A stretch of 64,000 bases of DNA from Candidatus Heimdallarchaeum aukensis. Its GTDB lineage: Archaea > Asgardarchaeota > Heimdallarchaeia > Heimdallarchaeales > Heimdallarchaeaceae. The notes under the pieces were generated by a model. That model made no database searches. It was not told the DNA's origin and worked only from the letters and a program-made list of their open reading frames with translations. The stretch covers positions 704,001-768,000 of the forward strand of contig CP084166.1 of NCBI GenBank assembly GCA_021513695.1. The letters are read 5' to 3'. The position numbers and the translations under genes are program-made. Position 1 is the stretch's first letter. Each line of letters begins with the position of its first letter. Positions 48,619 through 59,056 of this stretch are shown here, in pieces.

Positions 48619-49722
48619 TTAACTAAAGGCAGATTCCAGTTCTTCTTGCGTTGCAGGAGGGACAGTTGCAACTTTTAGATTCTCTTTAATATGTTCTTCA
48701 CCTTTCATGCCTATTAAAGTTGAAACAATACGTGGATGAGCAGAACGAGCATACTGAATTGCTTGTTGGGCTTTTGTAATTAAAAGAGAGAATTTTGGTT
48801 GAACTGACGATTTAAGTACTTGCCCTTGGAGTAAAGGAACAGAAGTAAATAAGTATAAGTTAAAATGTTTTGCAGCTTCAGCAAGAGAATATTTTGTATT
48901 CTCAATGTACTGATTCTTTAAACTTACAGCTTGGTGATAAATAAAATTCAGTGGGACTTGGATAAAACGAAATCCGTGATTTTCTCCACCCACTTTTTTT
49001 GCAATATTGAATACTTTTTCCAATTGCAAATAATGAGGATGTTTATCTTGAACCCTCAAACTATCCCAAGTTGCTAAACCGTACCACCTAATTTTATTAA
49101 TATCTCTCATTCTTTCAAAAAAAGAGAAAGCATCTTCAAGTTTATCATAGAATTCACTCGGTGTTATATAATCAAGTTGTGATTCTGCTGCATTGTGAAG
49201 ATATAATAGATCTATAGATGAAACTTTTAAGTTTTTCAAAGATTGTTCTAACTGAAATTCAAGAAAAGAAGGTGCCATAGAATGTATTCCACCGACTATA
49301 TCTTCTTTTCTGCAAACATAGCGGTGAATAAGTTCTTCAAAAATATATTCATTTAATTTACCATAATATTTTTCTTTAGAAGGAGCAATATATCCATTCT
49401 TTGTAGAAATAAAAATCTGTTCTCTGGTTATTTTATCTTCAGAAATTAATTCTTGAAGAGCATTACCTATAGCTCTTTCTGCTCTCTGGTGCCTATAATT
49501 TATGGCAGTATCAATAACATTTATTGCTCCTGATTCAATGCATGTTTTAACAGCATTTTTTACTTTAATATCATCTTCCTCTGTAGGTTGCCCAAGATAA
49601 GTACCTAAACCTAAAGAACTTAGGTGAAGTCCAAGTACTTCCCTAAAATGTTGTGGATGAATGTTTTTTACGGATATAGCTCTTTCTTTAAATGACTTTG
49701 TACCTTCTTCTGTAGCAAACAT
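48619..49722 (-). CDS. Aldo/keto reductase family oxidoreductase
   Basis: It has the AKR N-terminal motif (INVIDTAINYRHQRAERAIGNAL) and is about 367 aa. Confidence 0.75.
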   Translation of the reverse strand: MFATEEGTKSFKERAISVKNIHPQHFREVLGLHLSSLGLGTYLGQPTEEDDIKVKNAVKTCIESGAINVIDTAINYRHQRAERAIGNALQELISEDKITREQIFISTKNGYIAPSKEKYYGKLNEYIFEELIHRYVCRKEDIVGGIHSMAPSFLEFQLEQSLKNLKVSSIDLLYLHNAAESQLDYITPSEFYDKLEDAFSFFERMRDINKIRWYGLATWDSLRVQDKHPHYLQLEKVFNIAKKVGGENHGFRFIQVPLNFIYHQAVSLKNQYIENTKYSLAEAAKHFNLYLFTSVPLLQGQVLKSSVQPKFSLLITKAQQAIQYARSAHPRIVSTLIGMKGEEHIKENLKVATVPPATQEELESAFS

Positions 49723-49881
49723 AAAACTACTTTTGTTTTTTTTCTATAAAAGTCTTGTTCAAAACAAAAATAGCAGATTGCTTAAAAATTAAGTGAAAAC
49801 AAAAGACTTATCTAATTTTTTTATCAAATTAATTAAAGAAAGCAATTAAAAGATTGAAATTTCCATCAAAAGGTAAATTTA

Positions 49882-50655
49882 ATGAAGAAAAGATACTTAG
49901 AAGTCAAAGCAAGGTTTATTGCTGAAAAAATTTCACAAGCAAAGCACTTTATTGCTTTAACAGGTGCAGGGATTAGTACAGAGTCAGGTATTCCAGATTA
50001 TAGAGGAGATAACGGAATATACAAAAGTAAAGCACAAGGTAAAGAAGTGAAAGTAAAGCCTTTAGAAGAATTTGAGCCGAACCCTGCACACTACGCTTTA
50101 GTTAGATTACAAGATTTAGGCTTGTTAAAATTCATCATATCTCAAAATATAGATGGATTACATATTAAATCAGGAATAAAAGAATCACTAATTGCTGAAA
50201 TACACGGAAATTATTCTATTCTCAAATGTATTGAATGTGACTCAAGATTCACAAAAAAAGAAATGAATTGGGACAACGAGAAATATGGTTGGGGAGCAAG
50301 AAGTGCAGAGCCTAGCCCTGAACAACCAAACTGTCAAAATTGTGGTGGAAGATTAATTTCTTCAATTGTTAACTTTGGAGAACCAATGCCAGAAAAAGAG
50401 ATGAAATTAGCTAAAGAACATTCAAAAAAATGTGACTTAATGCTTGTTATTGGAACTAGCTTGAGAGTTGCACCAGCTAACACTCTTCCGAGTATCGCGG
50501 AGAAAAATGGTGCAGAGGTTTTTATCATTAACCTTAAACCTACAGGATTGGATAACATCTTAAAAAATGAAAGAATAAAAGCAAAAGCAGGAGAAATCTT
50601 GCCTTTAATAGTTAATTATATAGAGGAGAATATTGAAAAAGACAGTAAAACTTAG
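49882..50655 (+). CDS. cobB: NAD-dependent protein deacylase, Sir2/CobB family (sirtuin)
   Basis: It has GAGISTESGIPDYRG, QNIDGLH and Zn-ribbon cysteines (CIECDS...CQNCGG). Confidence 0.85.
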   Translation: MKKRYLEVKARFIAEKISQAKHFIALTGAGISTESGIPDYRGDNGIYKSKAQGKEVKVKPLEEFEPNPAHYALVRLQDLGLLKFIISQNIDGLHIKSGIKESLIAEIHGNYSILKCIECDSRFTKKEMNWDNEKYGWGARSAEPSPEQPNCQNCGGRLISSIVNFGEPMPEKEMKLAKEHSKKCDLMLVIGTSLRVAPANTLPSIAEKNGAEVFIINLKPTGLDNILKNERIKAKAGEILPLIVNYIEENIEKDSKT

Positions 50656-52325
50656 TTATCCTGATAAACTATTTCAACATCGATTAATGAAGAATAGTTA
50701 ATCTTACAACCCACAAAAGAACAAATTAAAATTAACCCATTTTTGAGTTCAGGAAAATTGTTTCCAAGTTCATTTAAAGTGATTTTTCTTCTTTGTTTAA
50801 TGAATTCTCTTAGATTTTCATATTTTATTTGTGTAATTATTCCAAATTCTGGAACAAAAACAAGGTTATTTTTTTCTATTTGTTCTTTGATTTGTTCGTA
50901 ATCCATGATTTTTTTGATATTATCAACGGAATAAAGACCTAGTTCATCAGCTAATTGATTAATCTCCACTACTTCATTATTGGAGGAGATTAATTCACAT
51001 ATTCCGATAAATTTTGTTATTATTGTTTCAATCCTTTCGCTTATATCAGAATATTTAGATTCAAGTAGATTATGTAACGTTAAACTAGGAATTTTGTTCT
51101 TCTTATAATAAACAATATCTACTGTTTCCAGAATATCATTAAAATGAGACTCTAGTTTTTTATCAACGAGATAGATTATAGGAAGATCAGTTTTCGCTAT
51201 TTCCAGCATTTTTGTTCTTTTTTTATGGATGTATTTTTCTGTATAGAAGCCTACAATTTCAAGGTAAACTTTCTTTTCTCCTCTTTTAAGCGTAAAATCT
51301 GGAACAAATATCTTATCAGCTAAAAAAATAGTTTCTGGTTCTGCTGTAGCTGTCCATCCTTTATTATTTTGCCATTGAGATAAGAAAATTCTTTCAATTT
51401 CTGAGTCTACTTCAAGTTGTTTTTCTTGTTCTCCTTCAGCTACAAATGTGTCTGATTTTCCAAAAGGAAGAGGAGGAGGATTAAAAGAATCTAATTGAAA
51501 AATTAAATTTCTTTTTCTTGGTTTTACTACGCTTTCTAGCTTAAATTGAATATTTTCCAAAAAGCAATATTTTATTATGAACAGAGCTACTGAAGTAATA
51601 TTTTTCCCCCATGTTGAAGCTCCTTCAAAAAATTCTGTAGGCGGTTCAATTTTCACTGAATAAGGAAAGTCAGGGTCATCTGTTTTCAATATTTCAGACC
51701 AAACATAATTAGCTTTAGAAAGAAAGATTATTCTTTTGGAAAATCCTCCAGGTAAGGAGGAAAGATTTATTGAAACATTTAAAGAGAAATTGAGTAGAGT
51801 TTCAATTAGGTCATAATTATATTCTTCTACAAGTTTTTTCGAATCAACATCATTCTCTATAACTTTAGTCAATATTTTCTCATGCTCTTTGTCTGCATAA
51901 AGTAAATTTTCTATATCTTGTTCAGAGATATTTTTTTCTTCCTTTATTTTTTGTAAGAAACTTGTTCTTTCTTCTTTACTTACAAAACCTTCTTGGTAGT
52001 GTTCACTTACAAAATCAAATATAAATTCTCTAAATTCTTCTATAGTTTCTATATTTAGACTTTCAAACTTCACATTAGGTTGCTGAAAGGTAAAATATCT
52101 TCTTGATGAAATTAAAATTGCTTCAGAAATCTTTTCTGATGGAAAAATCTCATTTAGAACCTTAAAATTTATTTCTCTTCTTTTCTTACCAATATTTGTT
52201 TCTAAAAAATTGATTATAACTGCTATTTTATTTTCATCTTTATATGTGAGAAAATAAGGAAAGATTTGCATTTTCTTGTTTATTTTTCTGGTTTCATATT
52301 CAAGTTTTGATAAAGCTAACCTCAC
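50652..52325 (-). CDS. Bax1-like (DUF790-type) nuclease, partner of XPB; PD-(D/E)xK-like motif
   Basis: The 557-aa protein lies immediately downstream of the XPB-like helicase. Its C-terminal half has FVPDF...LEIVGFYTEKY, a restriction-endonuclease-like D...E.K pattern. Confidence 0.5.
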   Translation of the reverse strand: MRLALSKLEYETRKINKKMQIFPYFLTYKDENKIAVIINFLETNIGKKRREINFKVLNEIFPSEKISEAILISSRRYFTFQQPNVKFESLNIETIEEFREFIFDFVSEHYQEGFVSKEERTSFLQKIKEEKNISEQDIENLLYADKEHEKILTKVIENDVDSKKLVEEYNYDLIETLLNFSLNVSINLSSLPGGFSKRIIFLSKANYVWSEILKTDDPDFPYSVKIEPPTEFFEGASTWGKNITSVALFIIKYCFLENIQFKLESVVKPRKRNLIFQLDSFNPPPLPFGKSDTFVAEGEQEKQLEVDSEIERIFLSQWQNNKGWTATAEPETIFLADKIFVPDFTLKRGEKKVYLEIVGFYTEKYIHKKRTKMLEIAKTDLPIIYLVDKKLESHFNDILETVDIVYYKKNKIPSLTLHNLLESKYSDISERIETIITKFIGICELISSNNEVVEINQLADELGLYSVDNIKKIMDYEQIKEQIEKNNLVFVPEFGIITQIKYENLREFIKQRRKITLNELGNNFPELKNGLILICSFVGCKINYSSLIDVEIVYQDN

Positions 52326-52339
52326 TTTAATCCCTTATC

Positions 52340-53746
52340 CTAAATAATTTCACTTTTCTTTCTCCTTTTTGCCGTCGAAACTTCTAAACTGCTTGATGTT
52401 ACAAGTTCATACAGTTTCACTTTTTCTGTTTTGGGTCTTAATAACCTGCCTAAACGTTGAATAAATTGTCTTGATTGCCCAGAACCACTAACTATAATTC
52501 CTACATTAGCTTCTTTTACATCTAATCCTTCATCCAAAACTTTACCCGTAACTAATTTTGAATACTTTCCTTCTTTGAATTTCTTGAGAATAACGTTTCT
52601 TTCCGAACTTTTTGTTTCGTGAGTGATTGAAGGAATAAGAAATCTTTTGCTTATCATATAGACCATATCATTGAATTCGCTAAAAATGAGTACTCGATCA
52701 CTCTTATGCCTTTTTAGTAATTCTGCTATTTTAACCAATTTAGATTGAGAAGAATAAACAATTGTTCGTGCTTTCCTATGTGCTTCTAAAGCTTCTTTAG
52801 CTTCTGGGTCAACATTTACTCTAAAGACTAAATAACGTTCATAATCTTTGGGAGATCTTATTTGAATTTTTCTTTTTCTTAAATAAGAGCGGTAAATGTT
52901 CATATATTTTTCATATTGCATTTGCTCTTTTTGGAACAAATCAATTTCAATTGTCTCTAAATCAAATTTGGCAACAAAACCTTCATTTACTAAATCAGAA
53001 ATAGTAGAAACAACGATTTGAGGACCAATTAATGTATAAAGTTCTTTTTCACCACTATCTGCTCTATCAGGTGTTGCAGTCAATCCTAATCGATAAGGAG
53101 CAGGAAATCCTTCTGCTATCTTAATTGTTTTTTCTGCAGGAAGATGGTGGACTTCATCAAAAATAATAAACGAAAAATGTTTTCTTAATGTGTTAATATT
53201 TTGCCTTGCACTTGCATAGGTTGTTACTGTAATATCTTTAATTTCTTTGACATTATCACCAAATTGACCTACCATTTCTCTTGTTATTGAAGTAAACTCT
53301 ACAATCGCTTTTATCCACTGCTCTAATAGGTTAATTACAGGAACAACAATCAATGTTTTTTGTTTTATTTTTTCTAAAGCTGAAAGACCAATAATTGTTT
53401 TTCCTGCAGCTGTAGGTAAGATAACTACTCCTCTATATTTGTTTAAAGTAAATCTTGTTAAGGTTTCTTTTTGATAATCTCTAAGTTGAACATTCAATTT
53501 AAGAGCTTGTTTGTATTCGTCTGATAAATGAATCTCTTCCAAGATTGTTGAATTAACAAAAAACCCTTCTCTTTTTAGTCTTTCAACTATTGTTTGATAA
53601 CGAAAAGGAAGAGCTCTATACTCATTTTCAACTTTTTTACTTATTTTAACTATTCTTGACCATTTCTTCATTTCTAAAGGGTGTGATGTCTGAATTATTA
53701 AATCAAAAGCAAGACCTAGTTTCACTTTAGCTTCTTTTCTATTCAT
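52340..53746 (-). CDS. XPB/Rad25-type SF2 DNA helicase
   Basis: It has LRDYQ, a Walker A motif (LPTAAGKTIIG), DEVHH and GLTATPDRADSGE (RED-region-like). The ~468-aa length is typical of archaeal XPB. Confidence 0.65.
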   Translation of the reverse strand: MNRKEAKVKLGLAFDLIIQTSHPLEMKKWSRIVKISKKVENEYRALPFRYQTIVERLKREGFFVNSTILEEIHLSDEYKQALKLNVQLRDYQKETLTRFTLNKYRGVVILPTAAGKTIIGLSALEKIKQKTLIVVPVINLLEQWIKAIVEFTSITREMVGQFGDNVKEIKDITVTTYASARQNINTLRKHFSFIIFDEVHHLPAEKTIKIAEGFPAPYRLGLTATPDRADSGEKELYTLIGPQIVVSTISDLVNEGFVAKFDLETIEIDLFQKEQMQYEKYMNIYRSYLRKRKIQIRSPKDYERYLVFRVNVDPEAKEALEAHRKARTIVYSSQSKLVKIAELLKRHKSDRVLIFSEFNDMVYMISKRFLIPSITHETKSSERNVILKKFKEGKYSKLVTGKVLDEGLDVKEANVGIIVSGSGQSRQFIQRLGRLLRPKTEKVKLYELVTSSSLEVSTAKRRKKSEII

Positions 53747-53918
53747 TCTTTATCTCTCTACACCTTATTCGAGTAAAATTAACTATAAAAATATGACTAG
53801 AATATTACTAGAATTGTATTTTTCTATTTCTTAAGAAAACAAGTTCGTTATTCTTTTTTTTAAAAGAATAGCTTTATTAAAGCCTTATTTCAATGAATTC
53901 CAAGAAGGGAAAGTCGAA

Positions 53919-54764
53919 ATGGTAGCAGAGGATAATATACATCATTCATATGACTCTACTGAAGGTGAGTTTACTGTAAAAGCAACTAATCTTGTTAAAA
54001 GGTTTGGTGATGTAATTGCTGTAAATAACCTTACTTTTAACGTGAGAAAAGGAGAGATTTTTGGACTTTTGGGACCAAATGGAGCAGGAAAAACAACTAC
54101 TGTAAAAATGATATTAGGATTATTGGAACCTGATGAGGGAGAAATAAGAGTATTTGATCTTCATCCTGAAAAAGATGAAATCGAGGTTAAAAAAAGAGTA
54201 GGGTATGTCTCAGAAGAACCTCTAATTTACCGTTCTATGACTGCTAGACAATTATTTAATTTTGTAGCTTCCTTAAGGAATTTGGAACCAGAAGAATTTA
54301 ACCAGAAGCTTCAATCCCTTTTAGAAAGTTTTGAAGCTCTACCTTATTATGATAAAATAATAGCTACTCTTTCAAGAGGAAATAAGCAAAAAATGCAAGT
54401 TATTGCTTCCTTATTACATGAACCAGATTTGCTAATTATGGATGAACCTCTAACCGGATTAGATGCAAAATCAGCTAAAGTCCTAAAAGAAATCTTAGAG
54501 ATGCATAAAGAAAAAGGAGGTTCGGTTATTCTTTCTACCCACATTTTAGAGATCGCTGAAGAGCTATGCGACAGAATAGCAATAATTGATCATGGAAAAT
54601 TGGTAGCTTTAGGTACAATAGAAGAGCTGTCTCATTTAGCTAACAAAGTAGGAGCCGACCTTGAAGATATTTTCCTAAAACTAATCAATCAAGATGAATC
54701 CGTGGATATAATTGTTGATAAATTGAGAAAGTCTTTGAAAAATGGAAAAAACAACAAGAAATAG
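53919..54764 (+). CDS. ABC transporter ATP-binding protein (ABC-2/DrrA-like)
   Basis: It has a Walker A motif (GLLGPNGAGKTTT), a signature (LSRGNKQKMQV) and a Walker B motif (LLIMDEPLTGLD). Its 3' end overlaps the next ORF by 23 nt. Confidence 0.85.
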   Translation: MVAEDNIHHSYDSTEGEFTVKATNLVKRFGDVIAVNNLTFNVRKGEIFGLLGPNGAGKTTTVKMILGLLEPDEGEIRVFDLHPEKDEIEVKKRVGYVSEEPLIYRSMTARQLFNFVASLRNLEPEEFNQKLQSLLESFEALPYYDKIIATLSRGNKQKMQVIASLLHEPDLLIMDEPLTGLDAKSAKVLKEILEMHKEKGGSVILSTHILEIAEELCDRIAIIDHGKLVALGTIEELSHLANKVGADLEDIFLKLINQDESVDIIVDKLRKSLKNGKNNKK

Positions 54765-56508
54765 AGGGATAGGAGTGGCTAGTTTAATTTCTTTGTATAA
54801 ATTATCGAAAAGAGTTTATCATGAATCAATTTTACATTCTCAATTAGAATCATCTGGTAGCAATATTGCCAAATTATTAGAGAGAATAGGTAGAAATCCA
54901 AAAATCATCTCTTCTCAACCAAAAATAATGAAATTTTTGTCTTCTTTTTACATTCTCTTTTTAACAATAATCCCTGTAAGATCCATAACCGTAGTTAATT
55001 TTATAATATCAAGTAACAAACCCTCCCACACTCAAATACCACAACAGTGGATTACACTTGTAGGAAGTATGATGTCCAGTGCTTTTTTACTTTTAGAACC
55101 TTTTATTCTGATAATTTTTTCTATAATGATGACTTGGGGATTGTTCTCACCAGAAATTTATGCTTGGCCACAAACTCTACCTCTTAGAAAAAAAGATGTT
55201 GAAAAATTAAGCCTTTTAACCTTCATAAGAGGAATAAACATTCAATTACTCTTTATGATATTAGTATTTCCTTTAGGAATAGCTATAGGCATTTTAATTG
55301 ATTTTTCACTTTATTCACCTATAATGGCCTTTTTATTAATTCTTACTGCACTTATTATATCAATAGTCTCAGCTTTCTTCAATTTAGGTGTTGTTGTTTT
55401 TATTTCCAAAAAAATGTATATTTTGATGGATGAAAAAGAAGACAATTCAGGGAAATCTTCAATAATTAAAACAACTATTTCGCTCCTTTATTTAATTTTT
55501 TCAATGACTTTAATGTATATTATCCAAATCTCAATTGAAAAAATTCCTGATTACTTTACAACAGTTCTACTGTCAAATGAACAATCTTTATTGGTTAACA
55601 ATATTTTAAGCTTTATTCCATTTCCTTTCTCTGGGGGATACTTGATTACTATCCTTATAACAAATCATTCTCTTTACTTTTCACCTATTACAGTCATTGG
55701 TTCCATAACTGGCTTGATTGTATTTGCAATTCTCACCTATTTTCTAATAAAACATTCTGTAAGTACGCTTCTAAACACACCTAAAATAAAATCGGATTCA
55801 ATGAAAGAAAAAAGGAATAAAAAAGAAATAATTGTTCAATTGCAAACAACTTCTCCTCTAAAAGCATTTATTCGGAGAGATCTGACAATAATTTCAAGAG
55901 ATATGCAATTGATAATGGTTTTTGTCATGCCAATTGTTATTCCAATCTTTGCAGTGATTACAGATATTGAAGACAATGTTTTATTAAATGAGGTTGGACT
56001 TACAGGAGCTTTTCTCTCTGTCTTATTTTACATAGCTTTGACTACTTACATGATAATAACAGGTGTTACAAACATTGAATCTGGAGGAGAAACAATTACC
56101 TCATCAATTCCAATAAGAACAAGAGATCAAGTTAAGAGTAAAATTCCCTACTTTTTCACATCAATAGTTCTAGCTTTTCTTATATGGCACTTGTTTTTCA
56201 TTAATGATGAATTTTTCTCGAAAATGATAGTATTTGGTCTTGTTTATCTTCCAGTTATCCCTTTAGCAGGTATAGGAGGATTGTTTTTCAAAATACTCAT
56301 GTTTGGAAAGTTAAGATACAAGTATGTAGTAGAAGAAATAAAAACAGAACATCGTTTTATTAAACATATTAGTTCATTTCTGTTTGTTCTACTATCTTTG
56401 TTACTTTTTGTAGGACTCTCTTTCCTTGGATATGGGGCTTTGGGAATAGGAGAAATAGTTTACTTGACTCTATTAATTGTTGTATTTAATCATATGTTCC
56501 CGAAGTAA
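54742..56508 (+). CDS. Polytopic membrane protein, probable ABC-2-type permease partner
   Basis: The 588-aa product has more than 10 TM helices and is coupled to the upstream ATPase. Confidence 0.5.
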   Translation: MEKTTRNRGIGVASLISLYKLSKRVYHESILHSQLESSGSNIAKLLERIGRNPKIISSQPKIMKFLSSFYILFLTIIPVRSITVVNFIISSNKPSHTQIPQQWITLVGSMMSSAFLLLEPFILIIFSIMMTWGLFSPEIYAWPQTLPLRKKDVEKLSLLTFIRGINIQLLFMILVFPLGIAIGILIDFSLYSPIMAFLLILTALIISIVSAFFNLGVVVFISKKMYILMDEKEDNSGKSSIIKTTISLLYLIFSMTLMYIIQISIEKIPDYFTTVLLSNEQSLLVNNILSFIPFPFSGGYLITILITNHSLYFSPITVIGSITGLIVFAILTYFLIKHSVSTLLNTPKIKSDSMKEKRNKKEIIVQLQTTSPLKAFIRRDLTIISRDMQLIMVFVMPIVIPIFAVITDIEDNVLLNEVGLTGAFLSVLFYIALTTYMIITGVTNIESGGETITSSIPIRTRDQVKSKIPYFFTSIVLAFLIWHLFFINDEFFSKMIVFGLVYLPVIPLAGIGGLFFKILMFGKLRYKYVVEEIKTEHRFIKHISSFLFVLLSLLLFVGLSFLGYGALGIGEIVYLTLLIVVFNHMFPK

Positions 56509-56574
56509 CTTTTTTTCATTTTTTATTAATTGTTAATTAGAAACTAATAAAAACGTTAATTGAATTATATTCTT

Positions 56575-57759
56575 ATGGCAAAGATAACGAAATTTTATGG
56601 TACTGCATGGTGTAGAGATTGTAAACAAGCAAAGGCATTTTTAGCTAAACATAGAATAGAATATAATTACATAGATATAGATTATGATGAAGAAGCTTCT
56701 GAAATTGTTAAAAAACTTAATAATGGTAAACGCAAAGTCCCAACTATTACATTTGATGATGGCACATTTTTAGTTGAACCTTCAGATGCAGAACTAGCAG
56801 AGAAGCTTGGTTTAATTCCAAAAATAGAAAAAGAAGAATATGATTTGGTAATTATTGGAGGAGGACCTGCTGCACTTACTTGTGCAATATATACTTCAAG
56901 AGAAGGAATATCAACCCTTGTCCTAGAAAAAGGTTCTTTTGGAGGACAAATGGGATATACAAACAAGATTGATAATTATCCTGGTTTTCCTGAAGGAATA
57001 ACAGGTAAAGAACTTGCAGAAAAATTTGTTCTTCATGCAAAGAAATTCGGAGCAGAACTTGTAAATGCTGTTGAAGTACAAAATGTTACTAAACTTGATG
57101 ATGATATTTTTGAAATAACTACTTCTACAGGTGTTAAAATTAAGGCTAAAGCAGTTGTAGTCGCAACTGGAACAACTTATCGCTCCTTGGGTGTCCCTGG
57201 AGAAGAAATACTTTTAGGATATAAAATCCATTTTTGTGCCACTTGTGATGGCCCATTCTATAAAGGTAAACATATTCTTGTAATAGGTGGAGGAAATAGT
57301 GCTTTTGAGGAATCTATGTTTTTAGCCAAGTTTGCCGAAAAAGTTGCAATTATTGAGATAATGGATCATTTCAATGCTTCAAAAATAATTCAAGAAAAAG
57401 CTTTATCCAATCCTAAAATCGAAGCTTTTACCAGTTATGAAACAAAAGAATTTATTGTTGGTCAAAGAAAAACATTAGAAGCTGTTGTCTGTTATGACAG
57501 AGCTAATAACAAAGAAGTGATTCTCAAACCAGATGCAGTTTTTGAATATGTAGGATTAAAACCTAACATCGAACCTGTAAAAGACCTTGTCGAATTAGAC
57601 AAAAATGGCTTTATTAAAACAGATGAGCACTTTATGACTTCAGTTAAAGGTCTATTTGCAGCAGGAGATTGTAGAGGAGGATCAATCCAACAAGTAACAT
57701 CATCAACAGGAGAAGGAACAGCTGTAGCTCTTCATATAAGAGAATTTTTGAATTCATAA
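56575..57759 (+). CDS. trxB: Thioredoxin-disulfide reductase with N-terminal glutaredoxin/NrdH-like domain
   Basis: The N-terminal ~80 aa have a CxxC (WCRDC) and a cis-Pro motif (KVPTITF). They are followed by an FAD motif (VIIGGGPAAL), the redox-active CATCDGPFY and an NAD(P) motif (VIGGGNSAFEE). I prefer ATG 56575 to the track TTG 56560. Confidence 0.8.
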   Translation: MAKITKFYGTAWCRDCKQAKAFLAKHRIEYNYIDIDYDEEASEIVKKLNNGKRKVPTITFDDGTFLVEPSDAELAEKLGLIPKIEKEEYDLVIIGGGPAALTCAIYTSREGISTLVLEKGSFGGQMGYTNKIDNYPGFPEGITGKELAEKFVLHAKKFGAELVNAVEVQNVTKLDDDIFEITTSTGVKIKAKAVVVATGTTYRSLGVPGEEILLGYKIHFCATCDGPFYKGKHILVIGGGNSAFEESMFLAKFAEKVAIIEIMDHFNASKIIQEKALSNPKIEAFTSYETKEFIVGQRKTLEAVVCYDRANNKEVILKPDAVFEYVGLKPNIEPVKDLVELDKNGFIKTDEHFMTSVKGLFAAGDCRGGSIQQVTSSTGEGTAVALHIREFLNS

Positions 57760-57938
57760 TTCCCACTATTTGTGTATGACTTTTTTCTCAACCCTCCTTT
57801 CTTTCCTTGTAGTTTATTTTTCGTGGTTAAGTTATCAAATGATTAAACTCTTGTTATCTTTCTTGAAAGACAGAGTGCGAAAAACTTACGTAAAAAGTAA
57901 TCATTAAACTTATAATTCCGTCTGTTTCTTTTTTTACA

Positions 57939-59009
57939 ATGGGTGATAAATACAAATTTATTGTTAATCCTAACGCAGGTTTAGGAAAGTGCATTGATAG
58001 GTGGGAAATAGCAGAAAAAATAATCAAGGAATATTCTGTTGACTATGATGTTGAATTTACTTCAGGACCTTTTCAAGCTGAAGATCTCGTAATCAAAGCT
58101 GTTAATGAGGGGTACAATAAAATTGTCTCTGTTAGTGGAGATGGAGTTCTAAATGAAATAACAAATGGTTTAATGAAGGTTCCTGAAGAAAAAAGGAAAA
58201 AGGTTTCATTAGGTGTATTACCTTTTGGAACTGGAAATGATTATAACACTGTTCTTGGTTTTCCTTGGAGCCCAAAAAATGCAATTGTGCATTTGATGGA
58301 GAAATCGGCAACCAGTCCAGTATCTATAGGAAAGATGAAAGTAGTAGATACAGGGTTAGAAAAGTATTTTATCAATGTTTTAGACGTAGGTATCTCTAGT
58401 ATTGTCGGACACGCTGCAAATTTAGGAGAAGGATCATTTATTAAGGGGCCAAGTAAATATACCTATTTAGCTCTAAAGAAATTATTAACAGTAAAACAGA
58501 TTAAAGCTAATATAAAACTAGATGAAAAAGAATTTTTGCCTATTAAGCTAATGATGGTAACTATTGGAACAGGAAAGTGTAATGGTGGTGGGATGTTATG
58601 TTGTGTAGACGCACATCCTCAGCATGATAGCTTTAATGTTTTTATAACTAAATCAGTTACCAAGCTTCAAACATTGATTGGAATAGGTAGGATAAAAGAC
58701 GGAAAGCATAAAACAATGAAAGGAACATTATTCACTTATGCTAAAAAAGTGGAAATAAAAACAGAGAAACCCATTGCTTTTCAATTTGATGGAGAAGTCT
58801 ATATTCCACCAAAATATCCTCAATCTTCTGTGGGTACGCATATGATAGCAGAAATTATTCCTCAAGCATTGAACGTGATTTATAATACTGAACATAAGTC
58901 AATGGATTGGTTAAATCAAGAGGAATTATTAGAAGGAAAGATGCCTTCTTTAGAAGAGAAAAAGGATTGGTCTCACAAAAAATACAGAAAATGGTTAGAG
59001 CAGAATTAG
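57939..59009 (+). CDS. Lipid kinase of the DAGK_cat/YegS/sphingosine-kinase-like family
   Basis: It has N-terminal FIVNPNAGLGK and SVSGDGVLNEITNGL (GDG) motifs. Confidence 0.65.
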   Translation: MGDKYKFIVNPNAGLGKCIDRWEIAEKIIKEYSVDYDVEFTSGPFQAEDLVIKAVNEGYNKIVSVSGDGVLNEITNGLMKVPEEKRKKVSLGVLPFGTGNDYNTVLGFPWSPKNAIVHLMEKSATSPVSIGKMKVVDTGLEKYFINVLDVGISSIVGHAANLGEGSFIKGPSKYTYLALKKLLTVKQIKANIKLDEKEFLPIKLMMVTIGTGKCNGGGMLCCVDAHPQHDSFNVFITKSVTKLQTLIGIGRIKDGKHKTMKGTLFTYAKKVEIKTEKPIAFQFDGEVYIPPKYPQSSVGTHMIAEIIPQALNVIYNTEHKSMDWLNQEELLEGKMPSLEEKKDWSHKKYRKWLEQN

Positions 59010-59056
59010 CTATTTTTCTACTCAAACTTTTTTGTTCTAATTTTCTATTTTTCATC

